Notes under the pieces: generated by a model
What the model was told of the DNA's origin: nothing
The model's input: the letters and a program-made list of their open reading frames with translations, nothing else
Database searches by the model: none
Made by a program: the position numbers and the translations under genes
Part shown: positions 17,270 to 25,202 of the stretch, in pieces
Layout of the letters: each line of letters starts with the position of its first letter
Numbering within the stretch: position 1 is the stretch's first letter
Assembly: GCA_963851005.1 (NCBI GenBank)
Contig: CAWKNI010000007.1
Coordinates: 1,566,904 to 1,630,903, forward strand
From: an uncultured delta proteobacterium
Lineage (GTDB): Bacteria; Desulfobacterota; Syntrophia; Syntrophales; Smithellaceae
Length of the DNA stretch: 64,000 nt
Direction: 5' to 3'

Positions 17270-17839
17270 TCATGCTTCTGCTGCTTTTTGTCCAAGTTCA
17301 AAAGCCTTCTTTCTGGCTGTTTCGTCCTTGATAATATCTCCCTTATCTGCGGCAGATGCCATGACAGCTCCCAGCCAGCGCATATTTGTCATTTCCGCTG
17401 TTGATTTAAAGCTGTGGACAACAGGGTCAGCCGTGTGTACATTCGGATCTCCGCAAACGGTGATTAGCCCAATCCGTTTGCCTTTCATTTTGGGATAATA
17501 ATCCTTCTGCCAGCGCCAGTTGGCATCGAAGAGGGCGCACCATCTGTCCAGATAAGCTTTCATTTGTGCGGTCATCGACCAGAAGTAAACCGGTACGCTG
17601 TGAATGATGGCGTCGGCTTCCAGTATTTTTTTATGGATTTCTCGCATATCGTCCTTTATGACGCAAAGGCCGGTTTCATTGCATTTCTTGCAGTCTTTGC
17701 AGCCGGAAATTTTCTTTTTATCCAGAATGATTTTTTCCACCTGCGCGCCCGCATCTTTGGCGCCAGCCAGAGCATCATCCAGAAGAATATCGCTATTGCC
17801 GCCGATTCGCGGACTTCCCATAATGCCGAGAATCTTCAT
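17270..17839 (-). CDS. iron-sulfur flavoprotein / NADPH-dependent FMN reductase family
   Basis: MKILGIMGSPRIGGNS with the Cys cluster CKDCKKCNETGLC. The start was moved to the ATG at 17839, which follows AAAGGAGA. Confidence 0.8.
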   Translation of the reverse strand: MKILGIMGSPRIGGNSDILLDDALAGAKDAGAQVEKIILDKKKISGCKDCKKCNETGLCVIKDDMREIHKKILEADAIIHSVPVYFWSMTAQMKAYLDRWCALFDANWRWQKDYYPKMKGKRIGLITVCGDPNVHTADPVVHSFKSTAEMTNMRWLGAVMASAADKGDIIKDETARKKAFELGQKAAEA

Positions 17840-18094
17840 ATATAATCTCCTTTTAATATTTATCACTGAAATCTTTTAACAAATTATCCTCTTTAAATTG
17901 ATTTGTAAATAATAAAAAAAATAAAGAATTCTAGGATTAAATATGCTAAAAACGTAAAAACGTCTTTGGGTTGTAATAATTTTTAGAAAATATCCGGGTT
18001 GACCGGTTTGTCAGGGTAATTACAGAATTAATGAGGTTGCCGGAACAACTTGGATAATGAGAAATTTATGAATTTTTTAACAAAGGAGGATTTT

Positions 18095-18463
18095 ATGAAA
18101 ACATTAAAGTTGGTATTAGTTATGGCGGTTGTTTTTAGTTTTGTTTCGTTAATTGCTTACGCTCAGGAAATGGAAGGAAAGGGCGCCTGCCGGGCCGATG
18201 CCGAAAAATTCTGCAAGGATGTCCAGCCCGGTCACGGCAATATAGCGCGATGCATGAAGCAGCATGAAGCTGATTTATCTCCCGCCTGCAAGGAGCGCAT
18301 TGCCGAAGGAAAGGAAAAAGCCAAGGAATTTGTACAAGCCTGCAAAACAGATGCGGAAAAATTTTGTAAAGGTGTTGCGCCGGGCCAGGGAAGAATTCTT
18401 CGCTGTTTGAAAGAAAATGAAGCTCAGTTATCGCCGGATTGCAAAGCACATTTCAAAAGATAA
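18095..18463 (+). CDS. secreted cysteine-rich repeat protein (two tandem units)
   Basis: Signal peptide MKTLKLVLVMAVVFSFVSLIAYA. Two units follow: C..DAEKFCK.V.PG.G.I.RC.K..EA.LSP.CK. The start follows AAGGAGG. Confidence 0.7.
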   Translation: MKTLKLVLVMAVVFSFVSLIAYAQEMEGKGACRADAEKFCKDVQPGHGNIARCMKQHEADLSPACKERIAEGKEKAKEFVQACKTDAEKFCKGVAPGQGRILRCLKENEAQLSPDCKAHFKR

Positions 18464-18489
18464 ATACGATTAATTTCTTTCCAATTTAG

Positions 18490-18606
18490 AGTGGAGCCCC
18501 ATCCGACAGGAGCCGGAGGCTCCCTAATAATAACGCGACCTCCCGCGAATTATACCGCATTCCTCCCCCGGCTGGAGTTGGGGAATTCCAAGTCGCGGGA
18601 TTAACA
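18490..18606. repeat. family-2 palindromic units
   Basis: GGAGCC-n19-GGCTCC, CGCGACCTCCCGCGAATTATACC, and CCCCggctggagttGGGGAATTCCAAGTCGCGGGATTAA. The last 20 nt recur exactly at 26541-26560. Confidence 0.6.
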
Positions 18607-18637
18607 GTTCTCGATAAAAAATTATCGGATACTGAAA

Positions 18638-19456
18638 ATGGTCAAACCGTATCATTTGTTCAAGTACAAACGCCGCGAGAGCGATGATTTTACAATTATC
18701 GCTCATCGCGGAGCTTCGGCCTATTATCCGGAAAATACTCTTCCCTCGTTTGATGGGGCTATCGCCATGGGCGCGGATATGGTGGAGCTTGATGTTCAGC
18801 TTACTTCGGATAAAGAGGTTGTTGTTTTTCACGATGAAAAACTATCACGTTGCACCGACGGCCGGGGAAGGATTGCCGATTACACTCTTGCGAAATTAAA
18901 AAAACTGGACGCGGGAAGCTGGTACGATAAAGATTTTAAAAATACAAGAATACCAACTCTGGCGGAAGCTTTAAGTGTATGTAAAAATAAAATAGCGGTA
19001 AATATTGAAATCAAAACCGAAGCGGTGAGCCGAATGTTCTTCGGCGGCATAGAAGAAAAATGTATTAAAAATGTCGAACAAAGTGGCATGAGGAAGCATG
19101 TTGTTTTTTCCAGTTTTGATCCGCGCGCCATTATGCATCTGAAGCAAATCGATAACAATGTAACTGTTGCCGTGTTGTTTGAAAAAAAACACTATGGTTC
19201 CAAGCTGCCTTCAGATATAATTGAGTCGGTGGGAGCCGATGCCTTTAATTGTTCCGCTTCTGAATTTAATAAGAAATGGCTCGCCGATGTTAAATTTAAC
19301 AACATTCCTGTGAATATTTATACTGTAAATGACACAAAGAGCATGAGGCGGTTTTTGAAAATGGGTGTCAGCGGAATTTTTACTAATAAACCGGATATAT
19401 TGAAAAGAGTGGCGGCGGATGTAAAAAAGAAACAGGAAAGCGAAGGCCGGCAATAA
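18638..19456 (+). CDS. glycerophosphodiester phosphodiesterase
   Basis: IIAHRGASAYYPENTLPSF, ELDVQLTSDKEVVVFHDEKL and DAGSW. Confidence 0.9.
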   Translation: MVKPYHLFKYKRRESDDFTIIAHRGASAYYPENTLPSFDGAIAMGADMVELDVQLTSDKEVVVFHDEKLSRCTDGRGRIADYTLAKLKKLDAGSWYDKDFKNTRIPTLAEALSVCKNKIAVNIEIKTEAVSRMFFGGIEEKCIKNVEQSGMRKHVVFSSFDPRAIMHLKQIDNNVTVAVLFEKKHYGSKLPSDIIESVGADAFNCSASEFNKKWLADVKFNNIPVNIYTVNDTKSMRRFLKMGVSGIFTNKPDILKRVAADVKKKQESEGRQ

Positions 19457-21639
19457 TGAGTATATCAAACTCTTTAATAAAAATAATTGAGGTTGCCCTT
19501 AATACCTTAATTAAGGTGTCAGGTACTGATATACGTTTGCATGGGGCTGAGAATGTGCCTGATCAGCCTGTGCTCTATGTTATCAATCATTTTACCCGTT
19601 TAGAAACCATTTTAATGCCGTACATCATCGACAAGAACATTAAAAAATACCCCATCTCTCTGGCCGACCATTCTTTTTTTAGCGGTGGAATGAAAAATTT
19701 TATGGATAAGGTGGGCGCAATTTCAACAACTGACCCCAACAGGGACACCATCTTGATCAACGCGCTTCTCACTGATTGTCACCCGGTAATTATTTTTCCG
19801 GAAGGCCAGATAATAAAGGATAAGAAGATAATAGAAAAAGGCAAATATATAGTTTACAATGCAGGACTTCGGCGGCCCCCCCACTCCGGTGCAGCGCAAA
19901 TAGCCTTGAGGGCCGAGTTAATACGTGAAAAATTGCGGGTGTTCCGTGCCAGGGACGATGATTCAGCCATTTCCAGGATCGCGACGCATTTCGGTTTTGA
20001 TCCCGCGAATGTAGATAAAATTATAAATAAAGAAACTAATATTGTGCCGGTAAACATCACCTATTATCCTGTCCGCGCGCAAGAAAATGCTCTGAGTAAA
20101 TTTGCCAACAGATTTATCAATAATATATCAACACGGTTTCAAGAAGAAATGGAGGTTGAGGGCTCCATGATAATGGACAGTGTGGATATCGACATTAACT
20201 TCGGAAAACCGATACAAATAAAAGAATATATCGCTAAAAGCAAAAGGCTCAACAAAATGCTGGCGGATAATAACACTTATCTGAGTAATGAAGATTTAAA
20301 AAATTTCTTTCCGTTCAAAAAAATATGCATCAGCCTGATGTATGATTATATGAATGCCATATACGACATGACGACCGTTAATCATGATCACGTCTTCTCT
20401 TATATTTTGCTAAAATATTGGAAAAACAGTTTCAGTGAAGACGACTTCAAAAACCGTGTCTTTCTTGCCATCGAATATTTGCGTGGAATCGGCGTATCCA
20501 ATTGCCACACATCACTCTACAAAAAGCAGTTTTATCTTCTTACTGATGATTATCATGAAAAATACAATAACTTTATAAAAGAAGCCGTAGCCAGCAGTTT
20601 CATTACTCTGGAAAACGGAATAATCACCAAAAACAATGAACGATTCAGCAGGAAGACCGATTTTAATGTAATCAGGAAGGATAATATTATTGAGGTTCTC
20701 AAAAATGAGATAGAACCTCTCCGCGGTTTCATCACAGCCATGGACCGCCTGATGATTCTTCCCACCTTTTTTGTCCGCTGGAAAATAAAAAATCACTTTA
20801 TCAGGTTGGATAAAAAACTCTTTGAACAGGACTATCAAGAGTATTACATAAAAGATGAAAGCAAACCTAAAAATATCGGAGAGCCTTTTTTTCTGAAGCG
20901 TTTTTTCAGCAGAAAGGGAGTTATTCTTGTTCACGGATATATGGCAGCGCCGGAAGAAATCAGGCCGCTGGCGGATTATCTTTATAAGAATGGCTATAAT
21001 GTTTACGGCGTCCGGCTGCGCGGCCACGGCACGGCGCCTGAGGATCTCGCCTGTCGAAACTGGGAAAAGTGGTACGATTCCGCAAGTCGCGCTTACATCA
21101 TCATGAAAAACAGCGTCAAAACATTTTCCATCGGCGGATTTTCCATGGGCGCCGGAATCGCTCTGCTGCAGGCTGCCAATAGGCCCGGCAGGCTCGCCGG
21201 AGTTATATCAATCAACGCTCCCATCAAGCTGAAAGGCATAGCTTCCAAATTCGCGTCTCTTGTTGTCGCCTGGAATAAGTTACTTTCAAAAATTCATGTA
21301 AATAAGGGTAAAATGGAATTCGTCGAAAATGTCCCGGAAAATGTGGAGATAAACTATCTCCGAAATCCCGTGAGCGGTGGAAATGAACTGGAAAAGCTAA
21401 TGAAGCAAGTCGAAAATCAACTGAAGAATGTGATGGAGCCGACGCTCATCATACAGGGTTCAGATGATCCTGTAGTGAATTCGGTGAGCGCACAGGAAAT
21501 CTTTGACAAGCTCGGCACAAAGGAAAAACAGCTTCTCCGGATTTACGCCGATCACCACGGCATTTTGCGGGGAGGAGAAGCAAATAAGGTCAATGCGATG
21601 GTTTTGATGTTTTTAGAAGAAATATCTTCCGGCAATTGA
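19456..21639 (+). CDS. fusion protein: lysophospholipid (PlsC-type) acyltransferase plus C-terminal alpha/beta-hydrolase (lipase/esterase)
   Basis: The N-terminus has VINHFTRLE (an HX4D/E-like motif) and IIFPEGQ. The C-terminus has VLVHGYMAAP and the nucleophile elbow GFSMGAG. The start codon overlaps the upstream stop (TAATG). Confidence 0.72.
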   Translation: MSISNSLIKIIEVALNTLIKVSGTDIRLHGAENVPDQPVLYVINHFTRLETILMPYIIDKNIKKYPISLADHSFFSGGMKNFMDKVGAISTTDPNRDTILINALLTDCHPVIIFPEGQIIKDKKIIEKGKYIVYNAGLRRPPHSGAAQIALRAELIREKLRVFRARDDDSAISRIATHFGFDPANVDKIINKETNIVPVNITYYPVRAQENALSKFANRFINNISTRFQEEMEVEGSMIMDSVDIDINFGKPIQIKEYIAKSKRLNKMLADNNTYLSNEDLKNFFPFKKICISLMYDYMNAIYDMTTVNHDHVFSYILLKYWKNSFSEDDFKNRVFLAIEYLRGIGVSNCHTSLYKKQFYLLTDDYHEKYNNFIKEAVASSFITLENGIITKNNERFSRKTDFNVIRKDNIIEVLKNEIEPLRGFITAMDRLMILPTFFVRWKIKNHFIRLDKKLFEQDYQEYYIKDESKPKNIGEPFFLKRFFSRKGVILVHGYMAAPEEIRPLADYLYKNGYNVYGVRLRGHGTAPEDLACRNWEKWYDSASRAYIIMKNSVKTFSIGGFSMGAGIALLQAANRPGRLAGVISINAPIKLKGIASKFASLVVAWNKLLSKIHVNKGKMEFVENVPENVEINYLRNPVSGGNELEKLMKQVENQLKNVMEPTLIIQGSDDPVVNSVSAQEIFDKLGTKEKQLLRIYADHHGILRGGEANKVNAMVLMFLEEISSGN

Positions 21640-21663
21640 TTTGAAAATCGGCATATAAGCTTT

Positions 21664-21904
21664 AATACCATTACTAAATCAAAGATGATATTGAGGCGGC
21701 AGTGAAACTCGAATTACAGTTACGCAGTAAACTGGAATTCGTTAGTTGAACTGTCCCGCTTCGGCGGGGCTAGGCTTAAGGCCCGGCATGCGCCGGGTAA
21801 ACTCTGAGGCGTATTATACATACGTTGAGGAAGCCGACAACGACCCAGGCATACGCCGGGCTTCGCTGCCAACAAAAATAGCGCTTTGATTTAGAATTGG
21901 TATA
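21664..21904. mobile_element. MITE-like element, copy 4: composite variant with nested inserts
   Basis: Canonical ends AATACCATTACTAAATCAAAG...CTTTGATTTAGAATTGGTATA. A 73-nt insert (21701-21774) matches the insert in copy 5. Extra hairpins are CCCGGCatgcGCCGGG and CCCAGGCatacGCCGGG. Confidence 0.8.
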
Positions 21905-21914
21905 AGAGGTTTCT

Positions 21915-22263
21915 ATGATTGAACAATGGATAAAGGATATAAAAAATAAATGTTCGCCGGACATGCTCGGCATGATTCTTTATCATAATGGAATAGTGCG
22001 GGCGACGGCGAAGGATGGAGCAAAGGTTGAGGCGATGAATCTTTCCTACGATAAGGCAAAGCTCGAAGCCGCTGTTCGTAAATTTAAGAAGAAAGACGGC
22101 ATTGCCGATATCAAGGCGTGGATTTAATGAAGGCCATCTTAAAATAGGCGATGATATCATGCAAGTTTGTGTGGCGGGCAGATTCCGCAAAGATGTCTTA
22201 CCCGTCTTTCAGGAACTCATAACGGTGATTAAGACAGAAATCATTAGCGAAGAGGAACTGTAG
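21915..22263 (+). pseudogene. MoaE-like (molybdopterin synthase large subunit-like) gene with a +1 frameshift at 22122-22127
   Basis: Frame 1 ends at ...IADIKAWI*. The next frame continues NEGHLKIGDDIMQVCVAGRFRKDVLPVFQELITVIKTEIISEEEL*. Removing one T from the TTT run restores about 115 aa with a MoaE-like pattern (G.VR...V..L.Y...HR/EG.L.IGD.I..V.V). Confidence 0.45.
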
Positions 22264-22366
22264 CGTCAATATTTTTTTGTCATACATGTAAATGGCAATG
22301 ATCAGCTTTAAATTAAATAGAACCGTCCCTTTTTTCCTATGAACTACCATAACACCGATCGTAAAA

Positions 22367-23101
22367 TTACAGAGTCCTTACAGAACGAGGATACTTTTCA
22401 TTAATGGCCCGAACTTTATCAATTATATCTTTAGATTTGCTAGCAACAACAAACATGACTGAATGAGTATAAATCGCTGTTGCATGGATCTTATATTTAC
22501 TCTGTTTCTTTATACGTCGCTCTATATCATTAAAATCATCAGAAAAAGGAATCCTTCGGAAGTATTGGAACACTGATAATACAATCTCTTCCGATACTTG
22601 TTCCAATATATTAATAATGTCAGAATATAAAATATGTTTATTGCTATGATTACATTTTGGTTCAAATCCATTATCTGGATCAAGAAATAGGACCTGTCTA
22701 TCATCTTTTCTTATATTCGAAAAATAAACATTTCTATTATTTATATTGTTTGTGAATAGGTGCGCTCCCTTATGTAAATCAACAGAATATTTTGACTCTG
22801 TTCTTTTTGATAACTGACTAATTAGCTCTTCTAGTTCAATTGATACCTCTTCAAAATAACCCTGCTTAAATTTTTCACGAAGTTCACGCCTATCTTTTTC
22901 TTTTCTTAAGTATTTGCAAAACTTTATTATCTCTTTGCTGGCGGAAAATAGCTCTGGTTTAGTTTCGCCCATTTTTTTATTATCATCAGGAGTCATCATA
23001 AAGGCTATATTAAGTAATGGATAGTCAAGGGATCTAGGAAGGTAATCATGATAATCCCATTTAAAACTGTCACGGGAGTCGCCAAGAAATTGTAATTTCA
23101 T
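22367..23101 (-). CDS. hypothetical protein (AT-rich island), no family assigned
   Basis: 244-aa ORF containing FLGDSRDSFKWDY, VLFLDPDNGFE and LSVFQYF. Codon use is very A/T-rich compared with the neighbouring genes. Confidence 0.6.
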   Translation of the reverse strand: MKLQFLGDSRDSFKWDYHDYLPRSLDYPLLNIAFMMTPDDNKKMGETKPELFSASKEIIKFCKYLRKEKDRRELREKFKQGYFEEVSIELEELISQLSKRTESKYSVDLHKGAHLFTNNINNRNVYFSNIRKDDRQVLFLDPDNGFEPKCNHSNKHILYSDIINILEQVSEEIVLSVFQYFRRIPFSDDFNDIERRIKKQSKYKIHATAIYTHSVMFVVASKSKDIIDKVRAINEKYPRSVRTL

Positions 23102-23144
23102 AAAAGGTCAAGTTGTGAAAATAAATATCTGATAAAAATAAACG

Positions 23145-23447
23145 TTAATTAACCGGTTTGATTTTCGAAAGTCTATAATACATTATTAATGCGGATAAAA
23201 ACATGTTTAAAACCCACGCTAGAAGGTTATTGGTAGTAAAGTACTTTACCGCAACAAAGAATACAAATAATCCTAAAATATACCAAATGGAATTTTCAAG
23301 ATACCATTGACCAACCGGATCACAAAAAAAAGCTAAAAGAACCCCTATCCAAACTTTCCTGGGGTATCGTTTTTTAAGGAAAATCGTCAACCCCATAGGA
23401 AGTGCAATTATCGATATCATAACAGCAATTATTATCAATTCCTGCAT
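23145..23447 (-). CDS. small predicted membrane protein (about 3 TM helices)
   Basis: 100-aa ORF with hydrophobic stretches LIIIAVMISIIALPMGLTIFL, VWIGVLLAFFC and WYILGLFVFFVAV. It lies 43 nt upstream of the 244-aa ORF and is co-oriented with it. Confidence 0.5.
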   Translation of the reverse strand: MQELIIIAVMISIIALPMGLTIFLKKRYPRKVWIGVLLAFFCDPVGQWYLENSIWYILGLFVFFVAVKYFTTNNLLAWVLNMFLSALIMYYRLSKIKPVN

Positions 23448-23593
23448 ATTAATGGTTCCTTTTAGAATCTTGCTTTCTATTTAAGAAAGAAATGTTTTTA
23501 TATTCTTGGTTTTCGCCTTAAAACCTAGCACCCAGACAGCACTTACCTTATAAGATTAACCCGTGATCTGGTCAAGTAAAAACGGACACCCAT

Positions 23594-23655
23594 TTAAGCT
23601 GCATTTGCCAATAAAAAGTCCTTTTCAAAATCATTGGGATGTTTATATCCTAAAT
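23594..23655 (-). pseudogene. IS3-family transposase (OrfB) remnant, distal piece (last codons and stop)
   Basis: The minus strand reads ...GYKHPNDFEKDFLLANAA*, continuing in frame from 24996-25125 across the IS4 insertion once one TSD copy is removed. Confidence 0.7.
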
Positions 23656-24986
23656 CATTACTGTCCGGTTAATTTAAATTTATTACATTAGAAAATGAAT
23701 AATAACAAACAAATAAATACGTTTCTTATTTTTATCGATTTGAAAATTATTTTCCGTTATATCTACCTCCATTTTATTATTGGAGGTGTGAATGATGAAT
23801 GCTGGAAGAACAGTATTTTCACAAATCATGGACTACGTGCCTATGTATGAATTTCGTAAATGCGTGGATCGGTACAATGGCAATCATCACACCAGCAGCT
23901 TCGCCTGTATGGATCAATTTCTCTGCATGGCCTTCGCACAACTTACGTACAGAGAAAGCCTGCGGGATATTGAAGCCTGTCTCCGTTCACGTCAAGAGAA
24001 ACTTTATCATCTCGGTATTCGCGGCCGCATCTCTCGTAGCACACTTGCTGATGCTAATGAAAAACGAAACTGGAGAATATACGCCGACTTCTGTCAAATC
24101 CTGATTTCTCAAGCACGATCTCTTTACGCCAATGAAGATTTCGGTATCGAGTTGGACGACACAACGTATGCCTTGGATTCAACAACCATCGATCTTTGCC
24201 TTTCTCTTTTTCCTTGGGCAGCTTTTCGTAAACATAAAGCTGCTGTCAAGATGCATACCCTTATGGACATCCGTGGCAACATTCCCTCGTTTATCGAAGT
24301 GACTTCCGGGAATATCCATGATGTAAATATTCTGGATATCCTTACTCTCGAACCAGGTGCTTTTTATATTATGGATCGCGCCTACCTGGACTTTGCCAGG
24401 CTCTATAGCATTACCCAACTTCTTTCCTTCTTCATCACACGGGCGAAGAAAAACACGAAGTTTCGCAGAATCTATTCTCATCCCGTAGATCGTAACTGTG
24501 GTCTCATATGCGATCAGACGATCATGATGGTTAACTACCAATCACTGCAAGATTATCCCGAAAAACTGCGCCGCATAAAATATTTCGATTCTGAAAGAGC
24601 AAAACAACTTGTTTTTCTGACCAACAACTTTCTTCTTCCCGCATTGACGGTTGCCAACCTTTACAAGTGTCGCTGGCAAATCGAATTATTCTTCAAATGG
24701 GTCAAACAGCACCTGCGAATCAAGGCCTTCTACGGCACTTCCGAAAATGCGGTTAAAACTCAAATATGGATTGCCGTTGCCGCTTACGTTCTTGTTGCCA
24801 TCATTCGTAAACGTCTTTATCTGGAGCATAATCTCTACACAATTCTTCAAATCTTGAGTGTCACACTCTTTGAAAAAGTACCACTAAATCAACTATTTGA
24901 AAATTACGATTGCAAAATGCTCACCGATTTCAAAGAACCGCTATATAACCAACTGAATCTGTTCGACTATTAACCGGACAGTAATG
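23656..24986 (+). mobile_element. IS4-family insertion sequence (1331 bp) with an 18-bp perfect IR and a 9-bp TSD
   Basis: IRL is CATTACTGTCCGGTTAAT (23656-23673); IRR is its reverse complement (24969-24986). The direct repeat ATCCTAAAT occurs at 23647-23655 and 24987-24995. Confidence 0.88.
23792..24973 (+). CDS. IS4-family DDE transposase
   Basis: 393 aa, with ALDSTTIDLC, YIMDRAYLDF and YKCRWQIELFFKWVKQHLRIK (the Y-RE-K signature). The stop codon lies inside IRR. Confidence 0.9.
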   Translation: MMNAGRTVFSQIMDYVPMYEFRKCVDRYNGNHHTSSFACMDQFLCMAFAQLTYRESLRDIEACLRSRQEKLYHLGIRGRISRSTLADANEKRNWRIYADFCQILISQARSLYANEDFGIELDDTTYALDSTTIDLCLSLFPWAAFRKHKAAVKMHTLMDIRGNIPSFIEVTSGNIHDVNILDILTLEPGAFYIMDRAYLDFARLYSITQLLSFFITRAKKNTKFRRIYSHPVDRNCGLICDQTIMMVNYQSLQDYPEKLRRIKYFDSERAKQLVFLTNNFLLPALTVANLYKCRWQIELFFKWVKQHLRIKAFYGTSENAVKTQIWIAVAAYVLVAIIRKRLYLEHNLYTILQILSVTLFEKVPLNQLFENYDCKMLTDFKEPLYNQLNLFDY

Positions 24987-25125
24987 ATCCTAAATATGAA
25001 TGCAGACGTTGGCTGTTATAAAACATTTCAATATAACTGATGACATCATTTCGGGCATCATTTCTTGTCTGATAGAGTGTATTGGACGTCCGTTCTGTTT
25101 TTAACTGATTCTGGGGACATAACAC
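24987..25125 (-). pseudogene. IS3-family transposase (OrfB) remnant, proximal piece
   Basis: The minus strand reads VLCPQNQLKTERTSNTLYQTRNDARNDVISYIEMFYNSQRLHSYLG, the typical IS3 OrfB C-terminus (YIE.FYN..R.HS.LGY). An in-frame stop lies immediately upstream, so only about 55 codons survive. Confidence 0.7.
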
Positions 25126-25202
25126 TTAATTAATCTTTATGAATCCGAAGACAACTTGCTAGTTTTTATATGAATATTGCATTAACAATTTATTGTCTTT
25201 TT

